Notes: generated from the sequence alone by a model not told the origin. Shown: positions 28,779 through 37,906, counted from the stretch's first letter. The stretch is 64,000 nucleotides of DNA from an uncultured Pseudohongiella sp. (GCA_965115845.1 OZ220475.1:1496368-1560367); one strand, 5' to 3'. Made by a program: numbers and translations.

Positions 28779-29020
28779 TCTTTTCCCTGTTGAAGACCAA
28801 CAAGAAGACTTCCGCCGCCCTCGCCGGCATCGCCATCGGCATCGCGAGCCTGTGGGGATTGTCGCTATGGCAGGATATTTCCGTCGGGGAATTGCTGCGC
28901 CTGCTGCTTGCGGTGCTGGCCATGCTCGGCGGGCTCGCCCTGGTCGCGTTCTGCGCCGTCGCCCTGGGCAAATTGTCATTCGCGGGCGTTGCGCTCCTGA
29001 TCCGGCGCCTGCGCTCCTGA
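28775..29020 (+). CDS. Small membrane protein (81 aa, two predicted TM helices)
   Basis: ATGA overlap with the hisC stop. MIFSLLKTNKKTSAALAGIAIGIASLWGLSLW...LLAVLAMLGGLALVAFCAVALG. Confidence 0.45.
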   Translation: MIFSLLKTNKKTSAALAGIAIGIASLWGLSLWQDISVGELLRLLLAVLAMLGGLALVAFCAVALGKLSFAGVALLIRRLRS

Positions 29021-29722
29021 GAGACGGCCGAGACGGCCGCGCAAGGGCTGCAGATCCCGCCAGCAGAGCTTCTTCAGGTCGGGAAAGGCGAGCATTTCCC
29101 GCAAGCCGCGAGTAATGGTCACTTGCATGCGGACGCCGCCGACGAGACGGGAAAAATCCGTCGCCGACGGCGCGGCCTGCGGAAACAACTCGCTGTCGTC
29201 ATGCGCGAAAATCAGCAAATTGGGACAACGGTCGCGCTGACACAGGTCTTCCAGCAAACGGCCCCGGGCCGCGTCCGTTGCGGCGGGATCCCGATGCGGA
29301 ACGGCGATTTCGGCGCCGGCGGCCAGCGACCTCCCCAGGGCTTGCAGGATATTCGCCAGCAAATCGCGGCATTGCGCGCCTTCCGCGTTTTCCCATTCGT
29401 CTTGCGCGAGCAATGCCAGCGAATCGTCGACGCGCAGATAATGCAGGACGGCGCGCGCGGCGCCGGCCGCGGATTCCGCCGGCGGCGGCCGCGCCCGAAC
29501 CGGGCGCTGCGCCGGCGCGGCGGCGCGTTGCGTCGGCTGGCCGGAACGGCGCGCCGGCGCGTCCGGAGGGCGCGCTCGCCGGGGCTTCGGAGATTCGACC
29601 GGGAAGACCGGCGAAGGTCCGGCATTTTTCGGAACCACCCGCGCGTACCACGGCTGAATTCCCATCAGCGCCAGGTATTCCCGCCGCCTGCTCTCGTTCC
29701 TGTTGCCTTCGGTTTCCGTCAT
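28976..29722 (-). CDS. DNA polymerase III psi (HolD)-like protein with Pro/Ala-rich linker
   Basis: ORF 28976-29971 trimmed to MTETEGNRNESRRREYLALMGIQPWYAR. The N-terminal L-x-x-MGI-x-x-W and the C-terminal LREMLAFPDLKKLCWRDL resemble E. coli HolD QLGITQW and LRANPTARAALWQQI (recalled). The central region is low-complexity. Confidence 0.45.
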   Translation of the reverse strand: MTETEGNRNESRRREYLALMGIQPWYARVVPKNAGPSPVFPVESPKPRRARPPDAPARRSGQPTQRAAAPAQRPVRARPPPAESAAGAARAVLHYLRVDDSLALLAQDEWENAEGAQCRDLLANILQALGRSLAAGAEIAVPHRDPAATDAARGRLLEDLCQRDRCPNLLIFAHDDSELFPQAAPSATDFSRLVGGVRMQVTITRGLREMLAFPDLKKLCWRDLQPLRGRLGRLSGAQAPDQERNARE

Positions 29723-29969
29723 GAGCGCACCGCCTCGACCGGCAGTCCCGGGCGGGAAAATAACCCTTGTCCCGCCGCTTGCGCAAGCGTTCCGGAGCCG
29801 TTGCGCCGGTCCAGATAACCATGAGACCGGATCGCCGTCTCGACAACGGCCGGTTCGGACGGATGCTCGCGCCGCACATCCCGGAGCAGACGCCTGACCG
29901 CAGCGCGGCGCATCCTCATTATTCAGGGGATGCGGCCGTACGACCGGTATTTTCATCGCCTCGAACAGC

Positions 29970-29998
29970 AAAACCCCCGACCGAAGCCGGGGGTTTTT
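29970..29998 (-). terminator. Rho-independent terminator candidate downstream of S-layer-like paralog 2
   Basis: AAAACCCCCG-accgaagc-CGGGGGTTTTT. On the minus strand the stem is followed by TTTTG. It lies 55 nt after the stop at 30053. Confidence 0.6.
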
Positions 29999-30052
29999 GG
30001 GTCTGGGAACACCGAATGACCGGGTTCCGGTTACGACCGGCGAAGCGCCGGG

Positions 30053-33000
30053 TCAGATGAAATCCCCTCCTTGCAAATCACCGGTGCCGCTGTAGGGCTC
30101 CAGCGCCAGCAGCGCAATAGCCATATCAGTGGTGGCGTCGAAATCACCGTCCCCATCTACATCGACAAGAACCCAGGTCACACCCACTGTACCCGTACCC
30201 TCAGCTGAATTACCGATCTTTCGGAAGTCGACGCTCTCCGCGGTAGTCTTGATAGTGGCAACGGTGTTTTTTTGCGGAAACGAATTGCCATCCGCTGGCG
30301 TTTCGAAGGCGCCGGCAAGCTTACCTGAAGTCAGGTATTCCTTTAGCGATGTCTTTCCATCAACAGTCGCATCCCTGACCTGTCCATTCAAGTCCACTAC
30401 ACCGGAAAGATCGATCTTGTCTTCCCCGCTCCTGAAACCAATGATTCTGTCAAAACCAGACGCCGGATCCCCTGCCTGATTGAATTTGATTCGAGAGTCG
30501 GATGCATGTTTGTAAATGAAGGTATCTTTTGCCTCGTCAACACCAGCCGCATAGGTCCCCCCCAAGTAGGAATTGCCAGAATCACCAAAAGACGCAAACT
30601 GAAAGTAAATGTTTGGCTCGTTGTTCAAATTGATGAGCCACAACCAAACTGAACGCGGAATTAATACATCTCCCCCGGCACCGCCGGTAAGCATGTCTTC
30701 TCCCTTGCCGCCAGCCAGCACATCATCTCCCCCGCCACCTTTCAGCTCGGTTTTCATTTCGTGGCCATTGTTGGTCCCATTAAGATTTGCTACCACCCAA
30801 TCATTGACCGGACTACCCTCAACTACCAGTTTCTCCGACGATCCGCTCTTTGCTGCTCTCAGCAAAGCAAGCCCTCCAGAACTTTCTCGCGCATCCACCA
30901 ATTCCAGGGATTGCAGTCCAGCCTTGTCGTAATCCCAAGCTCTGTTTTTCCTGGCTATGGTTGTGTTTATGAAGGTTTTGGCTTCGCCAGTGACTTTGAT
31001 TTCCTCAATCCCATCGCCCTGCCTGACGACAACCCTGTTGACGTAGTCCCCGGCCTTGGGGCGGTTATCGGCAACCGTTGAAATGACTTTCGCCGTGGAG
31101 CGCACGACCAGTTCCTCGATGTCCTTGTCCAAAGTGAGGTCCAATGCCGTCATCTTTACGTTATGCTTTACACCGAAATCCCCTTTCTCGTCCTTCGTGC
31201 CGCCGTCGGTGTGCAGATGCAGCATCAACGAGTCGTCGTCGCCGCCGTCCTCCAGCATGTAGCTCACCACAGCGGTCGTGGCCTGCGCCTTGGTCTCCTG
31301 CGGCTTGCTTTCGTCGTCGGGCTTCGGCTTTTTGCTCGAAACCGCCAGACCGGTGCCGGACATCAGGTTCTTGAACGTGACGCCGCCGGTGCCGGTGCCG
31401 CCGGTCACCTTCAGGTTGTCGATGTCGAGCTCCTTGACATCGTAGGTTCCCGAGCCTTCGCCCGCTTCCAGTGTGATGGTCTCGAAGCCCGTGTAGGCGT
31501 CTCCGGCCCCCTTGAGGTTGGCACCGGTCTTTTCCTTCAACACCAGCGTGTCCATGCCCGCGCCGCCGTCTATCCGGCTCTTGCCGGCCTTGACGTTGGC
31601 GACGGTGAACATGTCGTCGCCGGCGCCGAGGTTCGCCGTCAAGCCGTCCTTCGCGAACGCCGCCACGCTGACTTCGTCCTTGCCCGCGCTGCCCATGTAG
31701 CTCGTGACGCTCGCGCCCAGATTGCTCAACTTGACGGCGCCGCTAGCCTCGCTTGCGTCGACCGTCTTCAGTTTCTTCAGCCCCATCGCGTCCAGCGTCG
31801 TCTTGCCGGAGCCGGACAAGGTCAGTTTCTCCAGCGTCTCGGACGGCTTGACATCGGCCGCTTTCTCCGCCACCGCCGGCGCGAATTTGGTCGCGGACAG
31901 CGTCAGGTCGCCGGCGCCGGAAACGGCGACCGTCTTGATCTGGTCCGAAGCCAGGCGAATGCTGGAATCGCCCTTCACCTCGATCATCAGGTCTTCGATG
32001 CCCTTGAGGCACAACTTGCCGTGCCCGTTGGCCGCGTTGCCGAACCGGTCGACCATGGCCGTCAGCGACATCATGTCCTTGGCGGCGTTCTCCACCAGCA
32101 AGGTGGTGTTGGTGTTGCGCAGGTCGACGGACTCGATCGCCTTCGAGTAGATGTGCACCGGAACCCTGTCCTTGTTGTTGACCGCGGCTGTGTCGCCTGC
32201 GGCCGGCGTGTCGGTGCCGTAGCGCTTGCCGTCGTCGCCCATGCCGTCGTGTACGCCGTCGAGCGTCACGCTCCTGACCGTCTCCGAATGCGCGGTCGAC
32301 TTGCCCACCTCGACACCCATGCCGCCTTCGACCATGACCGAGGTCGTCGTGTCCGTGCCGAAGATATTCACCTGCGCGCGGGCGTTCACGTACTCGAGGT
32401 TGACAGAGGCGGTGTTCACGATCTCTATTGTCGTATCCTTGTCGTCGTCGCCCAGGGATTCGGACACGACGTCCGCGCCGCCGGCATCCAGTTCGACATC
32501 TCCCGCAACGTCCAGCTCGACCGTCGCGAGGCCCGTCCAGCCGCTAAGGTCCGCATCGAAGTCGCCGCCGCTGTCGACCGTCAGCGTCTCGACGTGCATG
32601 ACGCTCGCTCCGGAAGAGATATTGACATCGTCGTCGGAGCCGCTGGAAGAAAGCTCCAGCGTGTCCATGCCCTCGCCGCCGTCGATCCGGTCCACCCCGG
32701 TCAGGGTCTTCTCGGTGGCGACGAAGGTGTCGTCGCCCAGGGTGCCGTCGAGCCGGTCGACGCCCGCGGTCAACTCGAAGCTCTTGCCGGGACGCCGCAT
32801 CATGTCGATGGCTTCCTTGGCCGCGGTCACGCTGTCGCCGTCGCCGGTCACGCCGCCGAGCACGCTCGCAGAGTCGCCTTCCCAGCGCCTGGTAACGGTG
32901 TAGTACGTGGCCACTTCCACCTTGTTGGCGAACATCATGGCGATGGCGCCGAAATCGCCGTAGGCGGGGTGGCTTTCTCCCTGCATGCGAATCTCGAACA

Positions 33001-33349
33001 ACTGCCGCACGGCCAGCAGACCCATCTCGCCCCGGCCCATGCCGCCGTCGAGCAGGTCCGTCGCCAGGGCCAACACTTCAGCCGACGGCGCTTCGCCCAG
33101 GGCCGCGGTCAGGAATTCCGTCGCGAACTCCCTATTCGTGATGAAGAAGGGATACATGGACGTGAAAGCGCTCGAGGCGGCGATGTGATTCGCCAACTCC
33201 AGCAGGGCGTCTTCCGGGCTCATGCCCTTGCCGACGCTCGCGTTGTAGACGCCGTACCATTCATTGAGCAATGCGGTGCCCGGGGCCTTGCCCAGCATGG
33301 CCACCGACAGGCCGATTATCGTATCTCTGGTTTGTGCAGTTACCGCCAA
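30053..33349 (-). CDS. RsaA-like S-layer/RTX protein, predicted type I secretion substrate (paralog 2); the start codon shown is TTG without SD
   Basis: 1098 aa. The first ~290 aa are nearly collinear with paralog 1, and the centre and C-terminus diverge. RTX block GGGGDDVLAGGKGEDMLTGGAGGDVL. C-terminal DTFIYKHASDS...DRIIGFRSGEDKIDLS. Confidence 0.8.
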   Translation of the reverse strand: MAVTAQTRDTIIGLSVAMLGKAPGTALLNEWYGVYNASVGKGMSPEDALLELANHIAASSAFTSMYPFFITNREFATEFLTAALGEAPSAEVLALATDLLDGGMGRGEMGLLAVRQLFEIRMQGESHPAYGDFGAIAMMFANKVEVATYYTVTRRWEGDSASVLGGVTGDGDSVTAAKEAIDMMRRPGKSFELTAGVDRLDGTLGDDTFVATEKTLTGVDRIDGGEGMDTLELSSSGSDDDVNISSGASVMHVETLTVDSGGDFDADLSGWTGLATVELDVAGDVELDAGGADVVSESLGDDDKDTTIEIVNTASVNLEYVNARAQVNIFGTDTTTSVMVEGGMGVEVGKSTAHSETVRSVTLDGVHDGMGDDGKRYGTDTPAAGDTAAVNNKDRVPVHIYSKAIESVDLRNTNTTLLVENAAKDMMSLTAMVDRFGNAANGHGKLCLKGIEDLMIEVKGDSSIRLASDQIKTVAVSGAGDLTLSATKFAPAVAEKAADVKPSETLEKLTLSGSGKTTLDAMGLKKLKTVDASEASGAVKLSNLGASVTSYMGSAGKDEVSVAAFAKDGLTANLGAGDDMFTVANVKAGKSRIDGGAGMDTLVLKEKTGANLKGAGDAYTGFETITLEAGEGSGTYDVKELDIDNLKVTGGTGTGGVTFKNLMSGTGLAVSSKKPKPDDESKPQETKAQATTAVVSYMLEDGGDDDSLMLHLHTDGGTKDEKGDFGVKHNVKMTALDLTLDKDIEELVVRSTAKVISTVADNRPKAGDYVNRVVVRQGDGIEEIKVTGEAKTFINTTIARKNRAWDYDKAGLQSLELVDARESSGGLALLRAAKSGSSEKLVVEGSPVNDWVVANLNGTNNGHEMKTELKGGGGDDVLAGGKGEDMLTGGAGGDVLIPRSVWLWLINLNNEPNIYFQFASFGDSGNSYLGGTYAAGVDEAKDTFIYKHASDSRIKFNQAGDPASGFDRIIGFRSGEDKIDLSGVVDLNGQVRDATVDGKTSLKEYLTSGKLAGAFETPADGNSFPQKNTVATIKTTAESVDFRKIGNSAEGTGTVGVTWVLVDVDGDGDFDATTDMAIALLALEPYSGTGDLQGGDFI

Positions 33350-33995
33350 TCAGAACTTGTTGATATGCCTGCGTATTTGCCGGATTCGCGCGAACCGGCC
33401 GCTGAATCGCCGCGCAAACATGAACGGGAACTTCCGGCCAGCGGAGCCGTCGGCCGGGGCGGTCTCGCAGCGCTCGCCGAATAATTCTCCGGAGCAGCAA
33501 CACCACGTTTTCGGGACGGCGACACCGCGCGGCGGACCGAAACGCGGCCGCGAAAAAGGCGCGCATCGCGCGAATCTCTCCCCGGAAATGCGCGCGGCGA
33601 CCCGGTCGCCGAATCGTCCGCCGTCCCGGTTCGGCGGATCGCGGGAACACCGCCCCGCCTGCGGCGGCGCGAGAGATTTGCCGGCAATTGTTTGATTTAT
33701 CAGTAAATAAATAAGCCGGCGCACGGCGCTCGACGGCTTTCCCGGAAGCGTTCTGTCGACCTTCGAAGAGGCTCGCGATCATTTCCAAGCCGCCGCCGAG
33801 GCGGGCCGCGCAAGCGGCCGGAATGCGCCGCGGTCGGACGGAGCATCGGCGTTTCGCGGTTGCCTGGGCGGGCGAAAAATTTCGATAACTTGTGATCCGG
33901 GTCACATGCGCGCGGAGCGAATGTTGCTATATAATGCCGTTCTGCAACATTTTGTCTTTAATTTCAGGAGCGTCCCAAATGGCGGTAACTGCACA
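33333..33995. promoter_or_regulatory. Predicted invertible promoter/start-codon segment (inverton 2), bounded by 16-nt perfect inverted repeats, apparently in OFF orientation
   Basis: Left arm TGTGCAGTTACCGCCA (33333-33348) is the reverse complement of right arm TGGCGGTAACTGCACA (33980-33995). The interior is homologous to inverton 1 and has the same layout. Confidence 0.55.
33891..33935 (+). promoter_or_regulatory. CRP/Vfr-type palindrome plus -10 box inside inverton 2
   Basis: TGTGA-tccggg-TCACA at 33891-33906. After a 23-nt gap comes TATAAT at 33930-33935. AGGAG at 33966-33970 and ATG at 33979. Confidence 0.5.
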
Positions 33996-34077
33996 TACCG
34001 CGAACTGGTTTGCGCAGCCCGTCGCCAGCGATGCCGAAGGAATCGACGGGCAGTCCGACGGTCCGAATCCTCGATAG
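33979..34077 (+). CDS. 32-codon read-out ORF created by the current inverton orientation (MAVTAHTANWFAQPVASDAEG...); probably not a functional product
   Basis: AGGAG-N8-ATG. It shares MAVTA with the S-layer-like gene through the inverted repeat. It is the in-frame tail of track ORF 33892-34077. Confidence 0.3.
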   Translation: MAVTAHTANWFAQPVASDAEGIDGQSDGPNPR

Positions 34078-34175
34078 CAAGATGTCCGGCGTCAACGCGC
34101 CGACCGCCGGTCCGATGGCGGGGGAAAGCGCGACGGCCGCAACCGCGCGGCAGCTACCGGATCCGCGGCCGACGG

Positions 34176-36482
34176 TCAGGCCTTGGCCGCGCGGATGATG
34201 TTCCATAGCGCCCGGGGCGTGGCGGGCATGTCGACATGATCGACGCCGTGCTCGCGCAAGGCGTCGGCGATCGCGTTCATGATCGTCGGCGGCGCGCCGA
34301 TGGCGCCGGCCTCCCCCGCGCCCTTGATGCCGAGCGGATTGGTCTTGCAGGGAACCAGATGAAGCGAGCAGTCGATATCGACGCAGTCGTCGGCCCTGGG
34401 CATGGCATAGTCCATGAAACTCGCCGACAGCAGTTGGCCGGAAACCGGGTCGTAATGGCAGTCTTCCAGCAACGCCTGGCCGAGACCCTGGACGACCCCT
34501 CCATGGATCTGGCCCAGCAGGAGATCGGGATTGATCGCCTTGCCGAAATCATCGACCACGGTATAACGGACAAGGCCGCTTTCGCCGGTGTCCCGGTCGA
34601 TTTCGACTTCCGCGACATGGACGCCGTTCGGGTAAGTCGCCTGCCGCGGGGCGAAGCCGTCGGTTTCGTCGAAAGCGGAGCCGCCGTCCGCCGGCGCCGC
34701 CCGGGCGGCGACTTGAGCGAAATCCAGGCCGCGGTCGGTGCCGGCGATGCGGAACCGTCCGCCGTCGAAGCGGATATCCGCGACCGCCGCCTCGAGCATG
34801 TCCGCGGCTTTCCCGCTCGCGGTCCGGATCAGTTTCCTCGCGCAGGCGGCGATCGCCGCTCCGCCCACCGGCACGGATCTTGAGCCCGCGGTGCCGCCGC
34901 CGCTGGCGATGATGTCGGAGTCGCCCTGGACAACCTCGATCCGCTCCGGATCGATGCCGAGGTATTCGCACAGAATCTGGCGAAATGCCGTTTCGTGTCC
35001 CTGGCCGTTGGACTGGGTGCCGATATGCAGGCTGACGCGGCCATCGGCCGCGACGATCAGCCGGGCCTGTTCCGGCGCGCCGCCGGCGCAACGCTCGATA
35101 TAGCTGGCAAGGCCGATGCCGCGCAATTTCCCCCGTTGCCGGGCTTCTTCCCTTCTTGCTTCGAATCCGCGCCAGTCGGATCGTTCCAGCGCCAGTTCGA
35201 GCAGCTGCGGGAATTCGCCGCTGTCGTAATGCGAGCCCAGCACGGTCCGGTACGGCATCTCGCCGGCGCCGATCAGATTGCGGCGGCGGATTTCCGCGGG
35301 CCCGACGCCGAGCCGGCGCGCCGCCACGTCCACCAGCCGCTCGATGGCGTAAATCGCCTCGGGCCTGCCGGCGCCGCGATAAGCGTCGACCGGCGCGGTA
35401 TTGGTGAAAACTCCCTGCACGCGGACATATGCCGCCGGAATCCGATAACAGCCGGTCAACATCGGAACCCCCGCCGCGGTCGCGACGAACGGCGCCAACG
35501 GGGACAGACTGGAACCCAGATTGGCGATAGTGGCGACGCGCAGGCCGGTGAAGCGGAATTCTTCATCGAAACCGGCTTCGAGCCGGGTCACATGATCGCG
35601 GCCGTGACTGTCGCTGAGAAAGGACTCGCTCCGCTCGGCTACCCATTTTACCGGCCGGCCGAGTTCCCGCGCGGCATGCAGGATCGCCGCGTATTCCGGA
35701 TAGCAGAATATCTTGCTGCCGAAACCGCCGCCGACATCCTTGCAGATCACGCGGATATCCTCTTCGGCGCAATCGAAAACTCCGCGCAGCAACATCTGCT
35801 TGATGTAATGCACGCCCTGGCAGGAAACGCGCAAGACCATGCGGCCGTTTTCGAGCGAGGCGATCGCTCCGCGAGGCTCCATCGAATTCGGCGCCACCCG
35901 ATTGTTGACCAATTCGAGTTCGACCCGATGCGCGGCGCCGGCAAGCGCGGCATCGGCGGCATCGGCATCTCCCGCGCGCCAGTCGAAACAGCGGTTGTTG
36001 CGCGCCCCGTCCCATAATCGGGGCGCGTCTGCGGCCATCGCCGCGCCGGTCGCGCTGACCGCGGGCAAGGGCTCGTAATCGACGAGGATCGCCTCGGCGG
36101 CATCGAGCGCCTGCGCCCTGGTCTCGGCCGCGACCAACGCCACCGGTTCGCCCGCGTGGCGCACGCGGCCGAGCGCCAGCGCCGGTCGCGGCGGCTTGCA
36201 GCAGGGCGAGCCGTCCGCGTTCGACAATTCCGTCAGGCAAGGCAGGTCGCCGACGCCGGCGGCGCGCAAATCCGCGCCCGCGAACACGCCGAGGACGCCG
36301 TCGGCGGCGCGGGCGGCCGACAGGTCGATTCCAGTTATGCGGGCGTGGGCCCAGGGCGAACGCAAGAACACGCCGACCGTTTGCTCCGGCAGGTTCTCGT
36401 CGTCGAGATACGAGCCGGCGCCGACAAGAAAGCGGCGATCCTCGAAGCGCGCCGCCGGTTGGCCGATACCGAATTTTTTCAT
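34176..36482 (-). CDS. Xanthine dehydrogenase/aldehyde oxidase family molybdopterin-binding subunit (CoxL-like)
   Basis: Start at MKKFGIGQPAARFEDRRFLVGAGSYLDD (36482, AAGGAAA upstream). 768 aa with family blocks GGGFGSK, AYRGAGRPE and KGAGEAGAIGAPP. Confidence 0.85.
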   Translation of the reverse strand: MKKFGIGQPAARFEDRRFLVGAGSYLDDENLPEQTVGVFLRSPWAHARITGIDLSAARAADGVLGVFAGADLRAAGVGDLPCLTELSNADGSPCCKPPRPALALGRVRHAGEPVALVAAETRAQALDAAEAILVDYEPLPAVSATGAAMAADAPRLWDGARNNRCFDWRAGDADAADAALAGAAHRVELELVNNRVAPNSMEPRGAIASLENGRMVLRVSCQGVHYIKQMLLRGVFDCAEEDIRVICKDVGGGFGSKIFCYPEYAAILHAARELGRPVKWVAERSESFLSDSHGRDHVTRLEAGFDEEFRFTGLRVATIANLGSSLSPLAPFVATAAGVPMLTGCYRIPAAYVRVQGVFTNTAPVDAYRGAGRPEAIYAIERLVDVAARRLGVGPAEIRRRNLIGAGEMPYRTVLGSHYDSGEFPQLLELALERSDWRGFEARREEARQRGKLRGIGLASYIERCAGGAPEQARLIVAADGRVSLHIGTQSNGQGHETAFRQILCEYLGIDPERIEVVQGDSDIIASGGGTAGSRSVPVGGAAIAACARKLIRTASGKAADMLEAAVADIRFDGGRFRIAGTDRGLDFAQVAARAAPADGGSAFDETDGFAPRQATYPNGVHVAEVEIDRDTGESGLVRYTVVDDFGKAINPDLLLGQIHGGVVQGLGQALLEDCHYDPVSGQLLSASFMDYAMPRADDCVDIDCSLHLVPCKTNPLGIKGAGEAGAIGAPPTIMNAIADALREHGVDHVDMPATPRALWNIIRAAKA

Positions 36483-36705
36483 GGGATTTCCTTGTCGCGA
36501 ACGCGCCGCGCCGGAGTCCGGCGCGGCATTCCATCGATGCGCGGCGGACATCGCGCGAAAATCCTTCCCGCGAAAACTTTCGCCGCGGCGGCCGGACCGG
36601 CGCCGGTCCCGGGGAGCGCGCCTGTTTTCGCCGCCGATCTTGCCGGAATGGCGCTTCATTGTGTTAGGCTGCTTCGCAACCAGTCAATAGCAGACTGGAT
36701 TTTCC

Positions 36706-36795
36706 CTGAATAATTCCATCCATGGAATTATTCGGCGCCGCAAAGCCGGGATACGGTTTTGCAATGCTCCCGGATTCAACGGCATGCGGCGCGGG
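36706..36795 (+). repeat. Modular intergenic repeat, degenerate copy (A, weak B, C)
   Basis: ctGAATAATTCCATCCATGGAATTATTCggcgccgcaaagccgggatacggttttgcaatgctcccggattcaacggcatgcggcgcggg. Confidence 0.7.
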
Positions 36796-36820
36796 AAAGC
36801 CGAGCGGAGCAAGGCGTATT

Positions 36821-37906
36821 GTGATCGATTCCGGAATTCCCGGCGGCGACGAAATCGGATCCTCCGGGAAACAGCAAGCCAGCATCAAAAAATTCGAATT
36901 TCACGGCAACGGCGCGGACTATTTCCGCATCTGGATCGTCAACTTGTTGTTGAGCATCCTCACGCTGGGGATCTACTCCGCCTGGGCCAAGGTCCGCAGC
37001 AAGCAGTATTTTTACGGCAATACCGAACTCGCGGGCGACCGCTTCGAATATCTCGCCGATCCCGTCGCGATTCTCAAGGGCCGGTTGATCGCCGTGGCGG
37101 CGCTGCTCGCATACACATATGCGAGCTACCTCAGTCTGCTGGCGGCCCCGATCACCTTGCTGCTGCTGTTGCTGCTGATTCCCCCGGTCGTGGTGCAATC
37201 GCTGCGCTTCAATGCGTCCAATTCCGCTTGGCGCGGCGTGCGCTTCGGATTCGACGGCGGCATTCGGCAGGCATATCCGCCGCATTTTTTCTGGCCCTTG
37301 TTCGGCGTCGCCACCTTCGGGATCGGACTCCCTTTCGCGCTATACAAGATCAACCGGTTTCAATACAACAATTACCGCTTCGGCGCCGTCAACTCGACTT
37401 CATCCGCGACCGCGCTCGGATTTTACGGTATCGGGCTCGGCGTTCTCCTCGCGATCATGCTGGCGTTCTTCCTGACCAGCGTCTCGATAACCCTTGTCTA
37501 TTACCTGTTCGGGATCAGCGGCGGCGAAGAATTGCCGGAATCGCCCGAACTGCTGGCGGCGATCACCCTGTTTCCCGCCTATTTCATCTTTTATATTTGC
37601 GTGGCGGCGCTTTACCAGGCCATGTCTTATCGGCTGGTGTTCAATAACCTGGCGATCGGCGACAATCGCTTGCGGAACAGCATTTCCATCGGCTACATCG
37701 GCGTGATCCTGGTCAATTCCATCCTGATCGTCGCCACGCTCGGCTTCTTCTATCCCTGGGCGGCGGTGCGCCGCGCGCGCTATCTGTTATCCAACATGCG
37801 CGTGGAAGCCGCAGATCTCGATACCTTCATCGCCGGCGAACTCGATCATGTCTCGGCCCGGGGCGAAGAGTTCGGCGAAGCCTTCGATCTCGGTATCGGA
37901 TTTTGA
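36821..37906 (+). CDS. DUF898 (YjgN-like) multi-pass membrane protein
   Basis: FEFHGNGADYFRIWIVNLLLSILTLGIYSAWAKVRSKQYFYGNT. The track ORF starts inside the repeat. An in-frame GTG at 36821 with GGAGCAAGG upstream is preferred, but the start remains uncertain. Confidence 0.7.
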   Translation: MIDSGIPGGDEIGSSGKQQASIKKFEFHGNGADYFRIWIVNLLLSILTLGIYSAWAKVRSKQYFYGNTELAGDRFEYLADPVAILKGRLIAVAALLAYTYASYLSLLAAPITLLLLLLLIPPVVVQSLRFNASNSAWRGVRFGFDGGIRQAYPPHFFWPLFGVATFGIGLPFALYKINRFQYNNYRFGAVNSTSSATALGFYGIGLGVLLAIMLAFFLTSVSITLVYYLFGISGGEELPESPELLAAITLFPAYFIFYICVAALYQAMSYRLVFNNLAIGDNRLRNSISIGYIGVILVNSILIVATLGFFYPWAAVRRARYLLSNMRVEAADLDTFIAGELDHVSARGEEFGEAFDLGIGF

